From: an uncultured Victivallales bacterium
Lineage (GTDB): Bacteria > Verrucomicrobiota > Lentisphaeria > Victivallales > UBA1829
Direction of reading: 5' to 3'
DNA: 64,000 nucleotides
Assembly (NCBI GenBank): GCA_944390735.1
Contig: CALXRL010000021.1
Location: 17,059 to 81,058 of the forward strand
A program made the position numbers and the translations under genes. Numbering within the stretch: the first letter of the stretch is position 1; each line of letters opens with the position of its first letter. The notes beneath the pieces are model-generated. The model worked only from the letters and a program-made list of their open reading frames with translations, did not search any database and was not told the DNA's origin. Positions 19,606 through 29,168 of the stretch are shown here, in pieces.

Positions 19606-19765
19606 ATCTTCCGCTTCCGGAAGCGGCGCCCCCGCGGCTTCGCCGGAATCGAAAACGGTTCTGAAAATTCCGGCGTCCGCGGAAAACTCCGGAGGGGGAG
19701 GGACGGATCCTCTTCCCCGGATACGGGATCTTTTTCCGTCCTGCCGCGGATTCCCGGGGTGGCGC

Positions 19766-19795
19766 AAAAAAAAGCACCCGGCGGAAACCGGGTGC
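19766..19795 (-). terminator. Rho-independent terminator of the thuA-oxidoreductase operon
   Basis: GCACCCGG-cggaaa-CCGGGTGC preceded by A8. Confidence 0.8.
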
Positions 19796-19824
19796 CTGTC
19801 GTGAATCGGACTGTTGTTTTCCGG

Positions 19825-20907
19825 TCAGACCTTGACGGGTTCGCCGAGGCTGGCGGACTTGTAGATCGCGTCCAGAATCTTCATGACGGTGACGCCCTCT
19901 TCCGGCTGCACCAGGAAGGGGGTGTTGTCGCGGACGGCGTCTGCAAACAGATGGAATGCGCTCGGCATGGGCTGAGCAGTGTGCATTTTTGCATCGAACT
20001 GTCTGCCGGCGATCTCATAGTAGTACTCGACGTCGTAGGTGTACCCCTCGTTGAGGTTGTACTGGTACATGCCGCCCTTGTCGCCGAGCAGCCGGATCGT
20101 CTGATGCTCGTTTTCCTTGATGTTGGACGCCCATGACGCATCCAGTTCCAGCGTTGCGCCGTTGTCGAATTTGATCATCGCGCAGGCGAGATCCTCGACC
20201 GTGTAGCTCAAGCCGCGTTCCTTTGCCATCCGGGGTCCGAACTTGTCGTAGGTGCTGGCCATGACCCAGACCGGTCTGGGATAGCCCATCAGCCAGAGGG
20301 CAAGATCCAGCCGGTGCACACCGAGGTCGATCAGCGGTCCTCCGCCGGACTGCTTTTTGTCATAGAACCAGGAGCCCATCGGCGCGCCGGATCCGGTGTT
20401 GAAATTCGCAGCGGCAAGTCCGGGAATTCCGCGGCGGCGGAACCAGACGCTTCTTCCGTAATAGATCTCGCCGAGCGTTCCCAGGTCGATCAGATCCTTC
20501 ATCGCGCGTGACTGCGGATTGAACCGGTAGGAAAAGTCGATGCCGAGCTTTTTGCCGAGCCGTTTCGCCGTATCCAGCATCTCCTGCGCCTCCTGCGCAT
20601 TAAGCGCCATCGGCTTCTCGCAGAGAACGTTTGCGCCGGATTCCAGTGCGGCGATCGTCAGCGGCTTGTGCTGATCGTTGGGAACCGCGACGGAAATAAT
20701 GTCGAGCTGTTCCTTTTCGATCATCTCGATTCCTTCGTGGTACACTTTTCCATGGAAGGTCGGATGTCTTTCCGGAAGCAGCGCGCGGCGATCCTCGCGG
20801 CGGTCCGCAATGGCGACCACTTCCACATCGGGATGCGTCAGATATCCCGCAAGATGCCCGCTTCCCATTCCAAGTCCGATGACGCCGGCTTTCAGTTTCT
20901 TAGCCAT
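19825..20907 (-). CDS. Gfo/Idh/MocA family NAD(P)-dependent oxidoreductase
   Basis: GVIGLGMG, VLCEKPMA, GGGPLIDLGVHRLD, VEDLA. Confidence 0.92.
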   Translation of the reverse strand: MAKKLKAGVIGLGMGSGHLAGYLTHPDVEVVAIADRREDRRALLPERHPTFHGKVYHEGIEMIEKEQLDIISVAVPNDQHKPLTIAALESGANVLCEKPMALNAQEAQEMLDTAKRLGKKLGIDFSYRFNPQSRAMKDLIDLGTLGEIYYGRSVWFRRRGIPGLAAANFNTGSGAPMGSWFYDKKQSGGGPLIDLGVHRLDLALWLMGYPRPVWVMASTYDKFGPRMAKERGLSYTVEDLACAMIKFDNGATLELDASWASNIKENEHQTIRLLGDKGGMYQYNLNEGYTYDVEYYYEIAGRQFDAKMHTAQPMPSAFHLFADAVRDNTPFLVQPEEGVTVMKILDAIYKSASLGEPVKV

Positions 20908-20940
20908 GTCTTTTCTCCAGAATTTAACAGATGATGTCGG

Positions 20941-21681
20941 TTATTTGACGGATTTGATCTCTTCCAGCGGCTGAACCATCGGGCAGCTGGAGTCGCGGTT
21001 GATGGTCGCGGCGGCCCATCTTGCCGCGTTGACAAGCACCTTCTGAACATTCGGATCGTAGTAGATCGGGAAGGTTTCATGTCCGGGAGCAAAATAGAAG
21101 ATTTTGCCGTTTCCGCGCGTGAACGTCACGCCGCTGCGGAAGACTTCGCCGCCTTCGTACCAGGTGATGAAGACCACGTCGTCCGGTTTGGGAATGTCGA
21201 AGCGTTCGCCGTACATTTCCGTATGCGGCAGTTCAAAATGATCGGGCAGACCCTTGGCGATCGGGTGGGAGTGCTCGATGACCCAGACCCGTTCCTTCTC
21301 TCCGATTTCACGCCATTTCAGATTGGCGGTGGTCCCCAGCATCCGCATGAAGATTTTGGATTTGTGACCGGAATGCAGAACGATGAGTCCCATGCCGGCC
21401 AGAATGCGTTTCTGAATGCGGTCGACGATTTCATCCTTCACATCGCCGTGATGACCGTGGCCCCACCAGAAGAGAACATCGGTGTTGTCCAGCACTTCCT
21501 GTGTGAGTCCATGTTCGGGATCGTCGAGCGTTGCATAGGTGACTTCAAAGTCCCCTTCATTTTTCAGCATCTCCCCGATGGCGACGTGCATTCCCTCCGG
21601 ATAAACAGCCTTGACCTGGGCGTTTTCTTTTTCATGGCGGAACTCATTCCATACGGTAACTCGGATCTTTTGAGCGGACAT
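20941..21681 (-). CDS. thuA: ThuA-like trehalose/glycoside utilisation protein
   Basis: [59 protein letters not shown]. Alternative start 21687. Confidence 0.9.
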   Translation of the reverse strand: MSAQKIRVTVWNEFRHEKENAQVKAVYPEGMHVAIGEMLKNEGDFEVTYATLDDPEHGLTQEVLDNTDVLFWWGHGHHGDVKDEIVDRIQKRILAGMGLIVLHSGHKSKIFMRMLGTTANLKWREIGEKERVWVIEHSHPIAKGLPDHFELPHTEMYGERFDIPKPDDVVFITWYEGGEVFRSGVTFTRGNGKIFYFAPGHETFPIYYDPNVQKVLVNAARWAAATINRDSSCPMVQPLEEIKSVK

Positions 21682-21813
21682 TTTCATCTCCTTATTGGTT
21701 TGTGATACGGATTTTCTCTTCTTCTTTGTAATATAAAGCCTTGAAAAATCGCTTCAAGAGGTTATAGGTATACAAAATGTGATATCAACATTACACTTTG
21801 TGAGCGTGAGAGC

Positions 21814-22647
21814 ATGAGACTTTGGGAAGTTCGGTTTCAAATCTTAAAAACCATTGATTCTCTTCCTGTTCCGGATGAGATCGTTCTGGAGGAGCAGGAT
21901 TCTCCCGCCTACCATCTGGAGGGCAGCGGCAGGGACGCCTATTCCGCCCAGATCGTCACGACCCTCTCCGGGGAGGGGGCCTTCCGGTGCAGAAACGAGG
22001 TTTTCCGTCTGCTGCCGGGCAGAACTTTCCTGGCCCGGCTGGGCGATCCCGATACGGCATATTACTATCCGGGGCACGCTTCTTCGCCATGGATCTTTCT
22101 CTGGATCTCCTTTTACGGCAGACACGTTCCGGAGATCATGGCCGATCTGAACGCCCGCTACGGCTATGTCTTCGACCTGCCGCTGGACAAGGGATTCGTG
22201 CGTCATCTGGAGTCCTACCGCAGTCAGCGCGGAACGTTTCAGTTTCTGACGCCGACCGCGGGAGCGAAAATCGTCTTTGACGCGCTCGCCTCCTTCGGCG
22301 AGTGCATCGAATCCCGCGAGAGTTTTTCGCCCAAGGCGGAGCTGGTCCGCGCGGCGCAGGAGATCATTTCCGCCAATCTGGACCGCGAACTCGATATTTC
22401 CGCCGTTGCCGAGAAGCTCCATGTCTCGCGCGAGCATCTGACCCGGGTGTTCAAGGCGCAGACCGGCATCACCCCGGGGGTGTTCGCCATGGAGGAACGA
22501 ATGCGCGTGGCGCGCCGTCTCCTGCGCGACAACACCTTGACATGCAAGGAGATCGGGGAACGGCTCGGCTATGTTTCCGCCACCAGCTTCTCCCGCGCGT
22601 TCAAACATTACTACTGTTACAGTCCCGATGCGTATAAAAACCGCTAA
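21814..22647 (+). CDS. AraC family transcriptional regulator
   Basis: C-terminal double HTH (VSREHLTRVFK..TG; EIGERLGY...SFSRAFK); divergent from thuA. Confidence 0.9.
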   Translation: MRLWEVRFQILKTIDSLPVPDEIVLEEQDSPAYHLEGSGRDAYSAQIVTTLSGEGAFRCRNEVFRLLPGRTFLARLGDPDTAYYYPGHASSPWIFLWISFYGRHVPEIMADLNARYGYVFDLPLDKGFVRHLESYRSQRGTFQFLTPTAGAKIVFDALASFGECIESRESFSPKAELVRAAQEIISANLDRELDISAVAEKLHVSREHLTRVFKAQTGITPGVFAMEERMRVARRLLRDNTLTCKEIGERLGYVSATSFSRAFKHYYCYSPDAYKNR

Positions 22648-22748
22648 AAAACTTCTCCGCAAAGTTGATTTCTTCCTCTTCCGACTGTATTTTTAAACCG
22701 TCAGAATTCCATTCAGAACCATTTACACGGAAAGGAACATCGGATCCC

Positions 22749-24029
22749 ATGGAACAGAATCACTGGAAACTGGAAACAATCGCCGTTCAAAGCGGCTATA
22801 CCCCGGAAAACGGCGGCCCCCGTGTGCAGCCTCTTGTGCAGAGCACCACCTACAAATACAATGACGCGCAGAGCGTGGCGGATCTGTTCGATCTGAAACG
22901 CGAAGGCTTTTTCTATACCCGTCTGGCAAATCCGACCGTGGACTGCTTTGAAAAGAAGGTCGCGGCCCTGGAGGGGGGCGTGGCCGCTGTCGGCACCAGC
23001 TCGGGACAGAACGCGAATGCGCTGGCTCTGCTGAATATCGCTCGCTGCGGGGATCACGTCGTGGCGGTGTCGAGTCTTTACGGCGGAACGGTCTCCCTTT
23101 TTACCAACACGCTGAAAAAGACCGGTCTTTCCTTCACATTCGTTTCCCCGGATGCGTCGGAGGAGGAGCTGGAGGCGGCGATCCGGCCTGAAACCAAAGC
23201 CGTCTTCGCGGAGATGCTGGCAAATCCGGCGCTGGTCGTTCTCGATGTGGAAAAGTTCGCGCGCGTCGCGCACCGTCACGGTCTGCCGCTGGTGGTGGAC
23301 AACACCTTTCCGACCCCGTTTCTCTGCCGTCCGTTTGAATTCGGCGCGGACATCATCACCCATTCGACGACAAAATATCTGGACGGACACGCCACCAGCG
23401 TCGGCGGCATGATCGTCGAAAAGGGCGGCTTCGACTGGAACAACGGCAAGTTTCCCGAGCTGGTCGAGCCCGACCAGAGCTATCACGGACTGATCTATGT
23501 GCGCGACTTCCCCGCGGCGCCCTATTCGGTCAAACTGCGCGCCCAGTGGATTCGCGACCTCGGCAGCGGCATGGCTCCCTTCAACGCCTTCCTCTCCATG
23601 ATGGGGGCGGAGACGCTGCATCTGCGCATGGAGCGTCACTCCTCCAACGCGCTGGCGCTTGCGGAATTTCTGGAAAAGCATCCGAAGGTGGGGTGGGTCA
23701 ATTATCCCGGCTTGAAGAACAGTCCCCAGCAGCCGCTGGTCCGGAAATATCTCAAACGGGGCTGCAGCGGCGTGCTCAGCTTCGGCGTGAAAGGCGGAGT
23801 CAAAGCCGGAGAGCGGGTGATGGACAGCCTGAAGCTGGCGGCCATCGCCGTGCATGTCGCGGATATCCGCACCTGCGTGCTGCATCCGGCCAGCATGACG
23901 CACCGTCAGCTCAGCGAGGCCGAACTGATTGCGGCCGGCGTTTCCCCGGATCTGATCCGCGTTTCGGTCGGAATCGAGCACATCGAGGATCTCATCGCCG
24001 ATTTCGATCAGGCGCTTGCGAAGGCCTGA
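22749..24029 (+). CDS. metY: O-acetylhomoserine aminocarboxypropyltransferase / sulfhydrylase
   Basis: YTRLANPT, LYGGT, VDNTF, HSTTKYLDGH (PLP lysine), ETLHLRMERH, LHPASMTHRQL, IRVSVGIE. Confidence 0.9.
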   Translation: MEQNHWKLETIAVQSGYTPENGGPRVQPLVQSTTYKYNDAQSVADLFDLKREGFFYTRLANPTVDCFEKKVAALEGGVAAVGTSSGQNANALALLNIARCGDHVVAVSSLYGGTVSLFTNTLKKTGLSFTFVSPDASEEELEAAIRPETKAVFAEMLANPALVVLDVEKFARVAHRHGLPLVVDNTFPTPFLCRPFEFGADIITHSTTKYLDGHATSVGGMIVEKGGFDWNNGKFPELVEPDQSYHGLIYVRDFPAAPYSVKLRAQWIRDLGSGMAPFNAFLSMMGAETLHLRMERHSSNALALAEFLEKHPKVGWVNYPGLKNSPQQPLVRKYLKRGCSGVLSFGVKGGVKAGERVMDSLKLAAIAVHVADIRTCVLHPASMTHRQLSEAELIAAGVSPDLIRVSVGIEHIEDLIADFDQALAKA

Positions 24030-24210
24030 TCTTTCCGACGGAGAACGTTTCCCGCTTTCCCTCTTCCGGGGGAAGCGGAACGTTCCCGGAAAACGGCTCT
24101 GAGGAGCCGTGCAGGATCTTTCGGAGGAGATTTCCGCATGCGCCCCTTGTGAAAGCGTCAAACACGTGTATATTTCACAGGTGGGTAAAGTTGGGTTAAC
24201 TGGGGTGAAA

Positions 24211-26418
24211 ATGCGCTACCGCTGTCCGTTCTGTTATTATACGATCTCCGTGGACGACATGTCCCGCGGATATCCCGTGGTCTGTGCCGGCTGCGGAAAG
24301 ACCGTTCAGATTCCTCCGGGAAAGTTTGATCCCGGATGTATCATCGGCGATTTCGTGATTCTCAACCGGATCGGAGCCGGTTCCATCGGGACGGTTTACA
24401 AGGCGACCCAGCTTTCTCTGGACCGTCAGGTGGCGCTGAAGATTCTTTCTCCGGAGTATACCACGTCCAAGGGCATCGACGATTTTCTGCGCGAGGCCCG
24501 CGCCGCGGCGAAACTCAGCCACACCAATCTGGTGCAGGCGCTCGCCGTGGGGGAGGAGGATGGAATCTGTTATCTGGCAATGACCTACGTCAACGGGGAG
24601 AATTTGAAGACGCGTCTCCGCCGCGAGGGACGGATTCCGGTTGACGAGGCTCTGCATATCGCCCAGCAGGTGGCGGAGGCGCTCTACTACGCCTGGGACG
24701 AGGCGGGACTCATTCACCGGGATGTCAAGCCGGACAACATCATGACCACCGACGACGGAATCGTCAAACTCACGGATCTGGGACTGGCCATGAACCAGTC
24801 CGAATGGCGGGAGGGAATGGAAATTTCCGGCAGTCCCTCCTACATGAGTCCGGAGCAGTTCGAGGGCAAGAAACTGGATCCGCGCAGCGATATTTACAGT
24901 CTCGGCGTCACGTTGTACCAGATGATTTCCGGTCGTCTTCCCTACGATGGCGAAACCGTCAAGAAGATCGCCCGCCAGCATATGGAGGAGGATCCCATTC
25001 CCCTCCGCCGTCTGGTTCCGGGCGTTCCGCTTCCCGTGGAGGCGCTGGTCAAACGCATGATGGCCAAGAAGCCCGAAAACCGCTTCTCCTCCATGGAGGA
25101 GGTGCTGAAGGCCATCTGGACCATCCGCCAGAAGACCGCGCCGAACAAAAGTCTGGTTCCGGATGTGCATACGATCTCCATCAAGCGGCTTGATTACGAC
25201 ATTCAGAACGAATCCTCGGAGCTCAAGGCGAAAGTCACGGAGCGGATGCAGACCAAAAACCGGCTGATCGACCGGCTGACAACCGGATTCATCACCGCTG
25301 TCGTGGTCGTGATCGTCATGCTGATGCTGTATACCATTTTCGATGCGGGACAGCAGGAGCCGCTGCGCCTCTACTCCAAAGTGGCCTATTTCGAGAAGCT
25401 CTCCACGGACAAGAGTCTGGATCGGAAGGCGGTTCTGGAGGAGGGGAAAAAAATTCTGGACGAGCTGCCGGATCTCCCCGCTCCCGAACAGGTTTTCAAC
25501 CGGACGAAAATGCGTCTTCTGATTTCCGATCTGGAACAGGAGATTGCCGCCAACGGTAATCTTGCGCTTTCCCAGCAGCTTTCCTCCGAGAACAAACGGG
25601 CCGAATCCCTGGCCTCGCAGCTGGAGGAGGCACGCAGAAAGAACGGGGAGCTCCAGGGAAAACTCGACGCGATGGCGGACTATCCGGCGCTCCGGCAGGC
25701 AAAGAACCGTCTGACGGAACAGACCGAAAAACAGGCCTCCGATCTGCGTGCGCTCAATGCCCGCTATCTCCGGGCGGAAAAGACAATCGAAGAGTGGAAG
25801 GCCCGGGAGAAAAAACGCGATGAAACCGAAATCCGTCTGAAGATTCTGACGCTGCAGAGCAAGGGAAATTTCCGCAATGTCGATGCGCTTGTCGCATCGG
25901 AGCAGGTGAAGAAACCCTATCTCTACTCCTGGCTTGCCGCGAAGGACACCGAGAATTCGCGGTACTCGAAAATCTATTCGATCCTGACGGACAGCGGAAC
26001 CCGTTTTTCCGGGTATCCGATCAGCGGATTCGGTCGCATTGAGATTATTACGGGAGGCTACATCGATTATAAAACGCCGCTGGGCGAGCTGCGGAGAAAA
26101 AGGTGGCGGGAGTTCCCGGCTTCTTCGCTTGCCCGGCTGCTGATGAACGACTCCGCGCTGAAGAGCCGTCCCGCATCGACGCGCTCCGCCTGCGAATTTC
26201 TTCTCGGGCGCTACGGCGCGGCATGCAAGGCCGATCCCGCGAACACCGAGCTGAATGCCACCGTGGACGCCTATGCGGGACGCGAAATCGAACGTCTGAA
26301 ATACGAATCGGCCGTGGATAAGTCCCGGACAAGAGGCAAAGTCAAGGCTCTGCTGGAACTGCTCAGGGGATCAGGCAATTACGCAAACTATGAAAAGGAG
26401 CTGAAGCCGCTGCTCTGA
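24211..26418 (+). CDS. Hanks-type Ser/Thr protein kinase with N-terminal Zn ribbon, TM helix and coiled-coil C-terminus
   Basis: CPFC...CAGC; IGAGSIGTVY, VALK, HRDVKPDN, DLG, GSPSYMSPE, DIYSLG; TM GFITAVVVVIVMLMLYTIF. Confidence 0.9.
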   Translation: MRYRCPFCYYTISVDDMSRGYPVVCAGCGKTVQIPPGKFDPGCIIGDFVILNRIGAGSIGTVYKATQLSLDRQVALKILSPEYTTSKGIDDFLREARAAAKLSHTNLVQALAVGEEDGICYLAMTYVNGENLKTRLRREGRIPVDEALHIAQQVAEALYYAWDEAGLIHRDVKPDNIMTTDDGIVKLTDLGLAMNQSEWREGMEISGSPSYMSPEQFEGKKLDPRSDIYSLGVTLYQMISGRLPYDGETVKKIARQHMEEDPIPLRRLVPGVPLPVEALVKRMMAKKPENRFSSMEEVLKAIWTIRQKTAPNKSLVPDVHTISIKRLDYDIQNESSELKAKVTERMQTKNRLIDRLTTGFITAVVVVIVMLMLYTIFDAGQQEPLRLYSKVAYFEKLSTDKSLDRKAVLEEGKKILDELPDLPAPEQVFNRTKMRLLISDLEQEIAANGNLALSQQLSSENKRAESLASQLEEARRKNGELQGKLDAMADYPALRQAKNRLTEQTEKQASDLRALNARYLRAEKTIEEWKAREKKRDETEIRLKILTLQSKGNFRNVDALVASEQVKKPYLYSWLAAKDTENSRYSKIYSILTDSGTRFSGYPISGFGRIEIITGGYIDYKTPLGELRRKRWREFPASSLARLLMNDSALKSRPASTRSACEFLLGRYGAACKADPANTELNATVDAYAGREIERLKYESAVDKSRTRGKVKALLELLRGSGNYANYEKELKPLL

Positions 26419-26478
26419 CCCTTCGAAACGGAGTGGATCGGGCGGAAAAACCTTCGGCGGCCGGAAAGGAGATTGGAT

Positions 26479-26886
26479 ATGGCGAACAAACTCACGCTTC
26501 CCACGGGAAACGAGACCATCCTGATTGTCGACGATCAGGAAACAGTCTGGGATTTTCTGATCGAGGCCCTTCAGAAACTGGGCTATTCGGTCCTGCTCGC
26601 GGAGAACGGACTCGACGCGGTCGAAATCTATCAGAACAATCCCGGACAGATTGATCTCGTTCTGCTGGATATGATTATGCCTCAGCAGGGCGGACACACC
26701 ACTTTCTACAAACTCAAGGAGCTGGATCCGAATGTGAAGGTGCTGCTGTCCAGCGGATTCGTCTCCCATGACGAGGTGGACGATCTCCTGGCCAACGGCG
26801 CCGCCGGTTTTCTGCCCAAACCGCACCGGATCGCCGCCATGGCCTCCGAGATCCGCCGGATCCTGGATGAAGCGAAACAAAAGTAA
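26479..26886 (+). CDS. Single-domain response regulator (REC)
   Basis: ILIVDD, DLVLLDMIMP, LSSG, FLPKP. Confidence 0.9.
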   Translation: MANKLTLPTGNETILIVDDQETVWDFLIEALQKLGYSVLLAENGLDAVEIYQNNPGQIDLVLLDMIMPQQGGHTTFYKLKELDPNVKVLLSSGFVSHDEVDDLLANGAAGFLPKPHRIAAMASEIRRILDEAKQK

Positions 26887-26912
26887 TTTCCCTCTTCCTG
26901 TTCCTTTGCCGT

Positions 26913-26955
26913 TCTCCTTTCCCGGATGCGTCCCGGGGAAGGAGAGATTTTTTTT
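26913..26955 (+). terminator. Rho-independent terminator after the kinase-REC pair
   Basis: Stem TCTCCTTTCCCGG/CCGGGGAAGGAGA followed by a T8 tract. Confidence 0.7.
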
Positions 26956-27226
26956 CGAACCGGATTTGTTTATTTCCTGAGAATCAATTTTGCGGAAGCG
27001 GAGTTTCCGCCAGTTTCCGAGGTGCGGAAGTTTCGAATTTCCGGAGATTTCCGACGGAGGTGTCCGCATCGGACCGTTTTCTTTTTCCACCATCTCCGAG
27101 GGGGGGCGGAACGCCCGTTTTTCATGGAATCCGGTGAACGGATCGAAAACGGACGGCGGGGAATGCGTTTCTGGTTTCTCCATCCTCTTTTTTTCAAAAA
27201 ACAGAGAGTCCGATGGAAAAGAGGGG

Positions 27227-27288
27227 TTGACAAATCCATGATTTTCGAGTATAATAAGATCAGTGCAAATATTTGCGGTAATATTTAC
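27227..27288 (+). promoter_or_regulatory. Consensus sigma70 promoter plus palindromic LacI-type operator
   Basis: TTGACA(27227)-N17-TATAAT(27250); perfect palindrome GCAAATATTTGC at 27265-27276 followed by a degenerate copy GTAATATTTAC. Confidence 0.75.
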
Positions 27289-27314
27289 ATTGAGAAAAAA
27301 GGAAATCAGCGGTT

Positions 27315-28409
27315 ATGCCAAGAGATCTTCTGCCAAGTCTGAAGGATATTGCGGGAGCGACGGGAGTTTCCATCGCGACGGTGTCCCGTGTTCTCCGGAA
27401 CAAGGGGGAGATTTCATTGTCGACGAAAAAGCATGTTCTGGAGGTTGCCGAACGCCTGGGTTATCACGACAACCGTCTGATCTACGGAATTCAGACGGGG
27501 CGGACCAAGACGATCGGGGTCAGCATGCCGCTGGACATCTATTTTTCGAGGATTCTGGGCGCGCTCGGTGAGGAGCTGGAAAAACGCGATTATCTGATGC
27601 TTTTCTACTGGAAAGAGGGAGCGCAGTCCATGCTGAAGCGCTTTGTGGAACAGCGGGTGGACGGCGTGATTATGATGTCAACGCAGGACCTGGCGGACAA
27701 CAGCTACTTCAGCGATGTCATATCGCGTGGACTGCCCATTGTGACCGTGGACCGGAAAACAAAGGCGAACGTTGATTTTGTCGGGACGGACGATTTTCTG
27801 GGCGGGCGCATGATTGCGGAATATCTCTGCAGTCTCGGTCACCGGAACATGCTCTATTATCAGGGACCGGAGCTGGCGACGCCCGCGCGTCTGCGGCGGG
27901 ATGGATTCGTCGCCTTCTGCCGTCAGATTTCCGGCGCGACCGTTTCTCTCTGCGGCGACGGGTCCTACAATACGGAAGGGGATGAAACGATGCTGTTTGA
28001 TTTTCTGAGACAGCATCCTGAAATTACTGCCGGATCCGCGTTTTTTGACGGGTATGCCTGCCGTCTCTGGCGGGCAGCCGTGGCGGCGGGGCGCCGCGTG
28101 CCGGAGGATTTTTCCATTGTCGGATTCGGCGACATCATTCCCGCAAACCTATCCTCGTATGCCATGACAACTCTGGATCAGGACCCGGAACGGATTGCCC
28201 GGATCGCGGTGGAACGGCTCTTCGAACGGATCGGATCCGAACGGAATCTGGAGGCCGTGGACATCCGGATTCCGCCGAAGCTTCTGATCCGCAATTCGGC
28301 GCTTCCGCCCGCGTCCGCCGTTCCCGGAAACAGAATATCCACTCCCCGCATGAATCAGCAACCAATGAAACGGATGATAAAAGAGAAACAAATCGGAGGA
28401 GAAAAATGA
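27315..28409 (+). CDS. LacI family transcriptional regulator
   Basis: [23 protein letters not shown]; [13 protein letters not shown]; the stop overlaps the pilin start (ATGA). Confidence 0.92.
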   Translation: MPRDLLPSLKDIAGATGVSIATVSRVLRNKGEISLSTKKHVLEVAERLGYHDNRLIYGIQTGRTKTIGVSMPLDIYFSRILGALGEELEKRDYLMLFYWKEGAQSMLKRFVEQRVDGVIMMSTQDLADNSYFSDVISRGLPIVTVDRKTKANVDFVGTDDFLGGRMIAEYLCSLGHRNMLYYQGPELATPARLRRDGFVAFCRQISGATVSLCGDGSYNTEGDETMLFDFLRQHPEITAGSAFFDGYACRLWRAAVAAGRRVPEDFSIVGFGDIIPANLSSYAMTTLDQDPERIARIAVERLFERIGSERNLEAVDIRIPPKLLIRNSALPPASAVPGNRISTPRMNQQPMKRMIKEKQIGGEK

Positions 28410-29143
28410 GACGGAATTTCACACTCATAGAGCTTCTTGTGGTCATTGCGATCATCGCGATTCTGGCCGGGATGCTTCTGCCAGCCCTGAATGCCGCGCG
28501 GGAGAAGGCCCGTGCCGCGGACTGCATGTCCAAACAGAAGCAGATCGGGCTTGGAGCCGGAATGTACACCGCCGACAACGACGACTATGTCCTTCCGGGC
28601 AGCTATGTGCAGGTGGATGATCCTTACAATGGCCCCGGAAACGCCAGCGGAACACCGACCTGGTACTTCCGGCTGATTCCCTACATGGGCGGAATTCAGG
28701 GATGGTACGATTTCAACCGGGACCCGAGTGTCTGGGGATTTGTGCGGGCGAAGAACAAGAAACGCGTCTGCGACTCCAATCCGCTGCCGAGCCTGAAGAA
28801 TCCGAACATTGCGTGGAACATGCTGCTCGGATGGACGGACACCAGCGGCGTTCCGGTCGGCGATGATCGTGTGCTGATCCGCATTACGCAGGTCAAGCGT
28901 CCCTCTCAGATCATCACCTGCGGGGATTCCAGTTCCAGTCTGGAGTTTGACAATACCATGCCGCTTACCCCGATCACTCCGGCATCCGGCAAGCATACGC
29001 CGCTGTTTCCTCATTCGCGCCGGGGGAATTTCGGGCACATCGACGGACACGTCCAGCAGTACGACTTCTTCTGGATGCTGACCAATCAGCCCGCGTCCAG
29101 CTGGACCAATTACAACTCCCGCATCTACTACGTAAAAAGATAA
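28406..29143 (+). CDS. Prepilin-type N-terminal methylation domain / H-X9-DG (DUF1559-like) protein
   Basis: [36 protein letters not shown]; [15 protein letters not shown]. Confidence 0.9.
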   Translation: MRRNFTLIELLVVIAIIAILAGMLLPALNAAREKARAADCMSKQKQIGLGAGMYTADNDDYVLPGSYVQVDDPYNGPGNASGTPTWYFRLIPYMGGIQGWYDFNRDPSVWGFVRAKNKKRVCDSNPLPSLKNPNIAWNMLLGWTDTSGVPVGDDRVLIRITQVKRPSQIITCGDSSSSLEFDNTMPLTPITPASGKHTPLFPHSRRGNFGHIDGHVQQYDFFWMLTNQPASSWTNYNSRIYYVKR

Positions 29144-29168
29144 GTTCAGCAAGAGAAAGGTTGTTTGT

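Noticed and set aside
22648-22748. SAM riboswitch or T-box upstream of metY
   Set aside because: The gap is only about 100 nt and lacks recognisable SAM-I or T-box consensus or a terminator hairpin.
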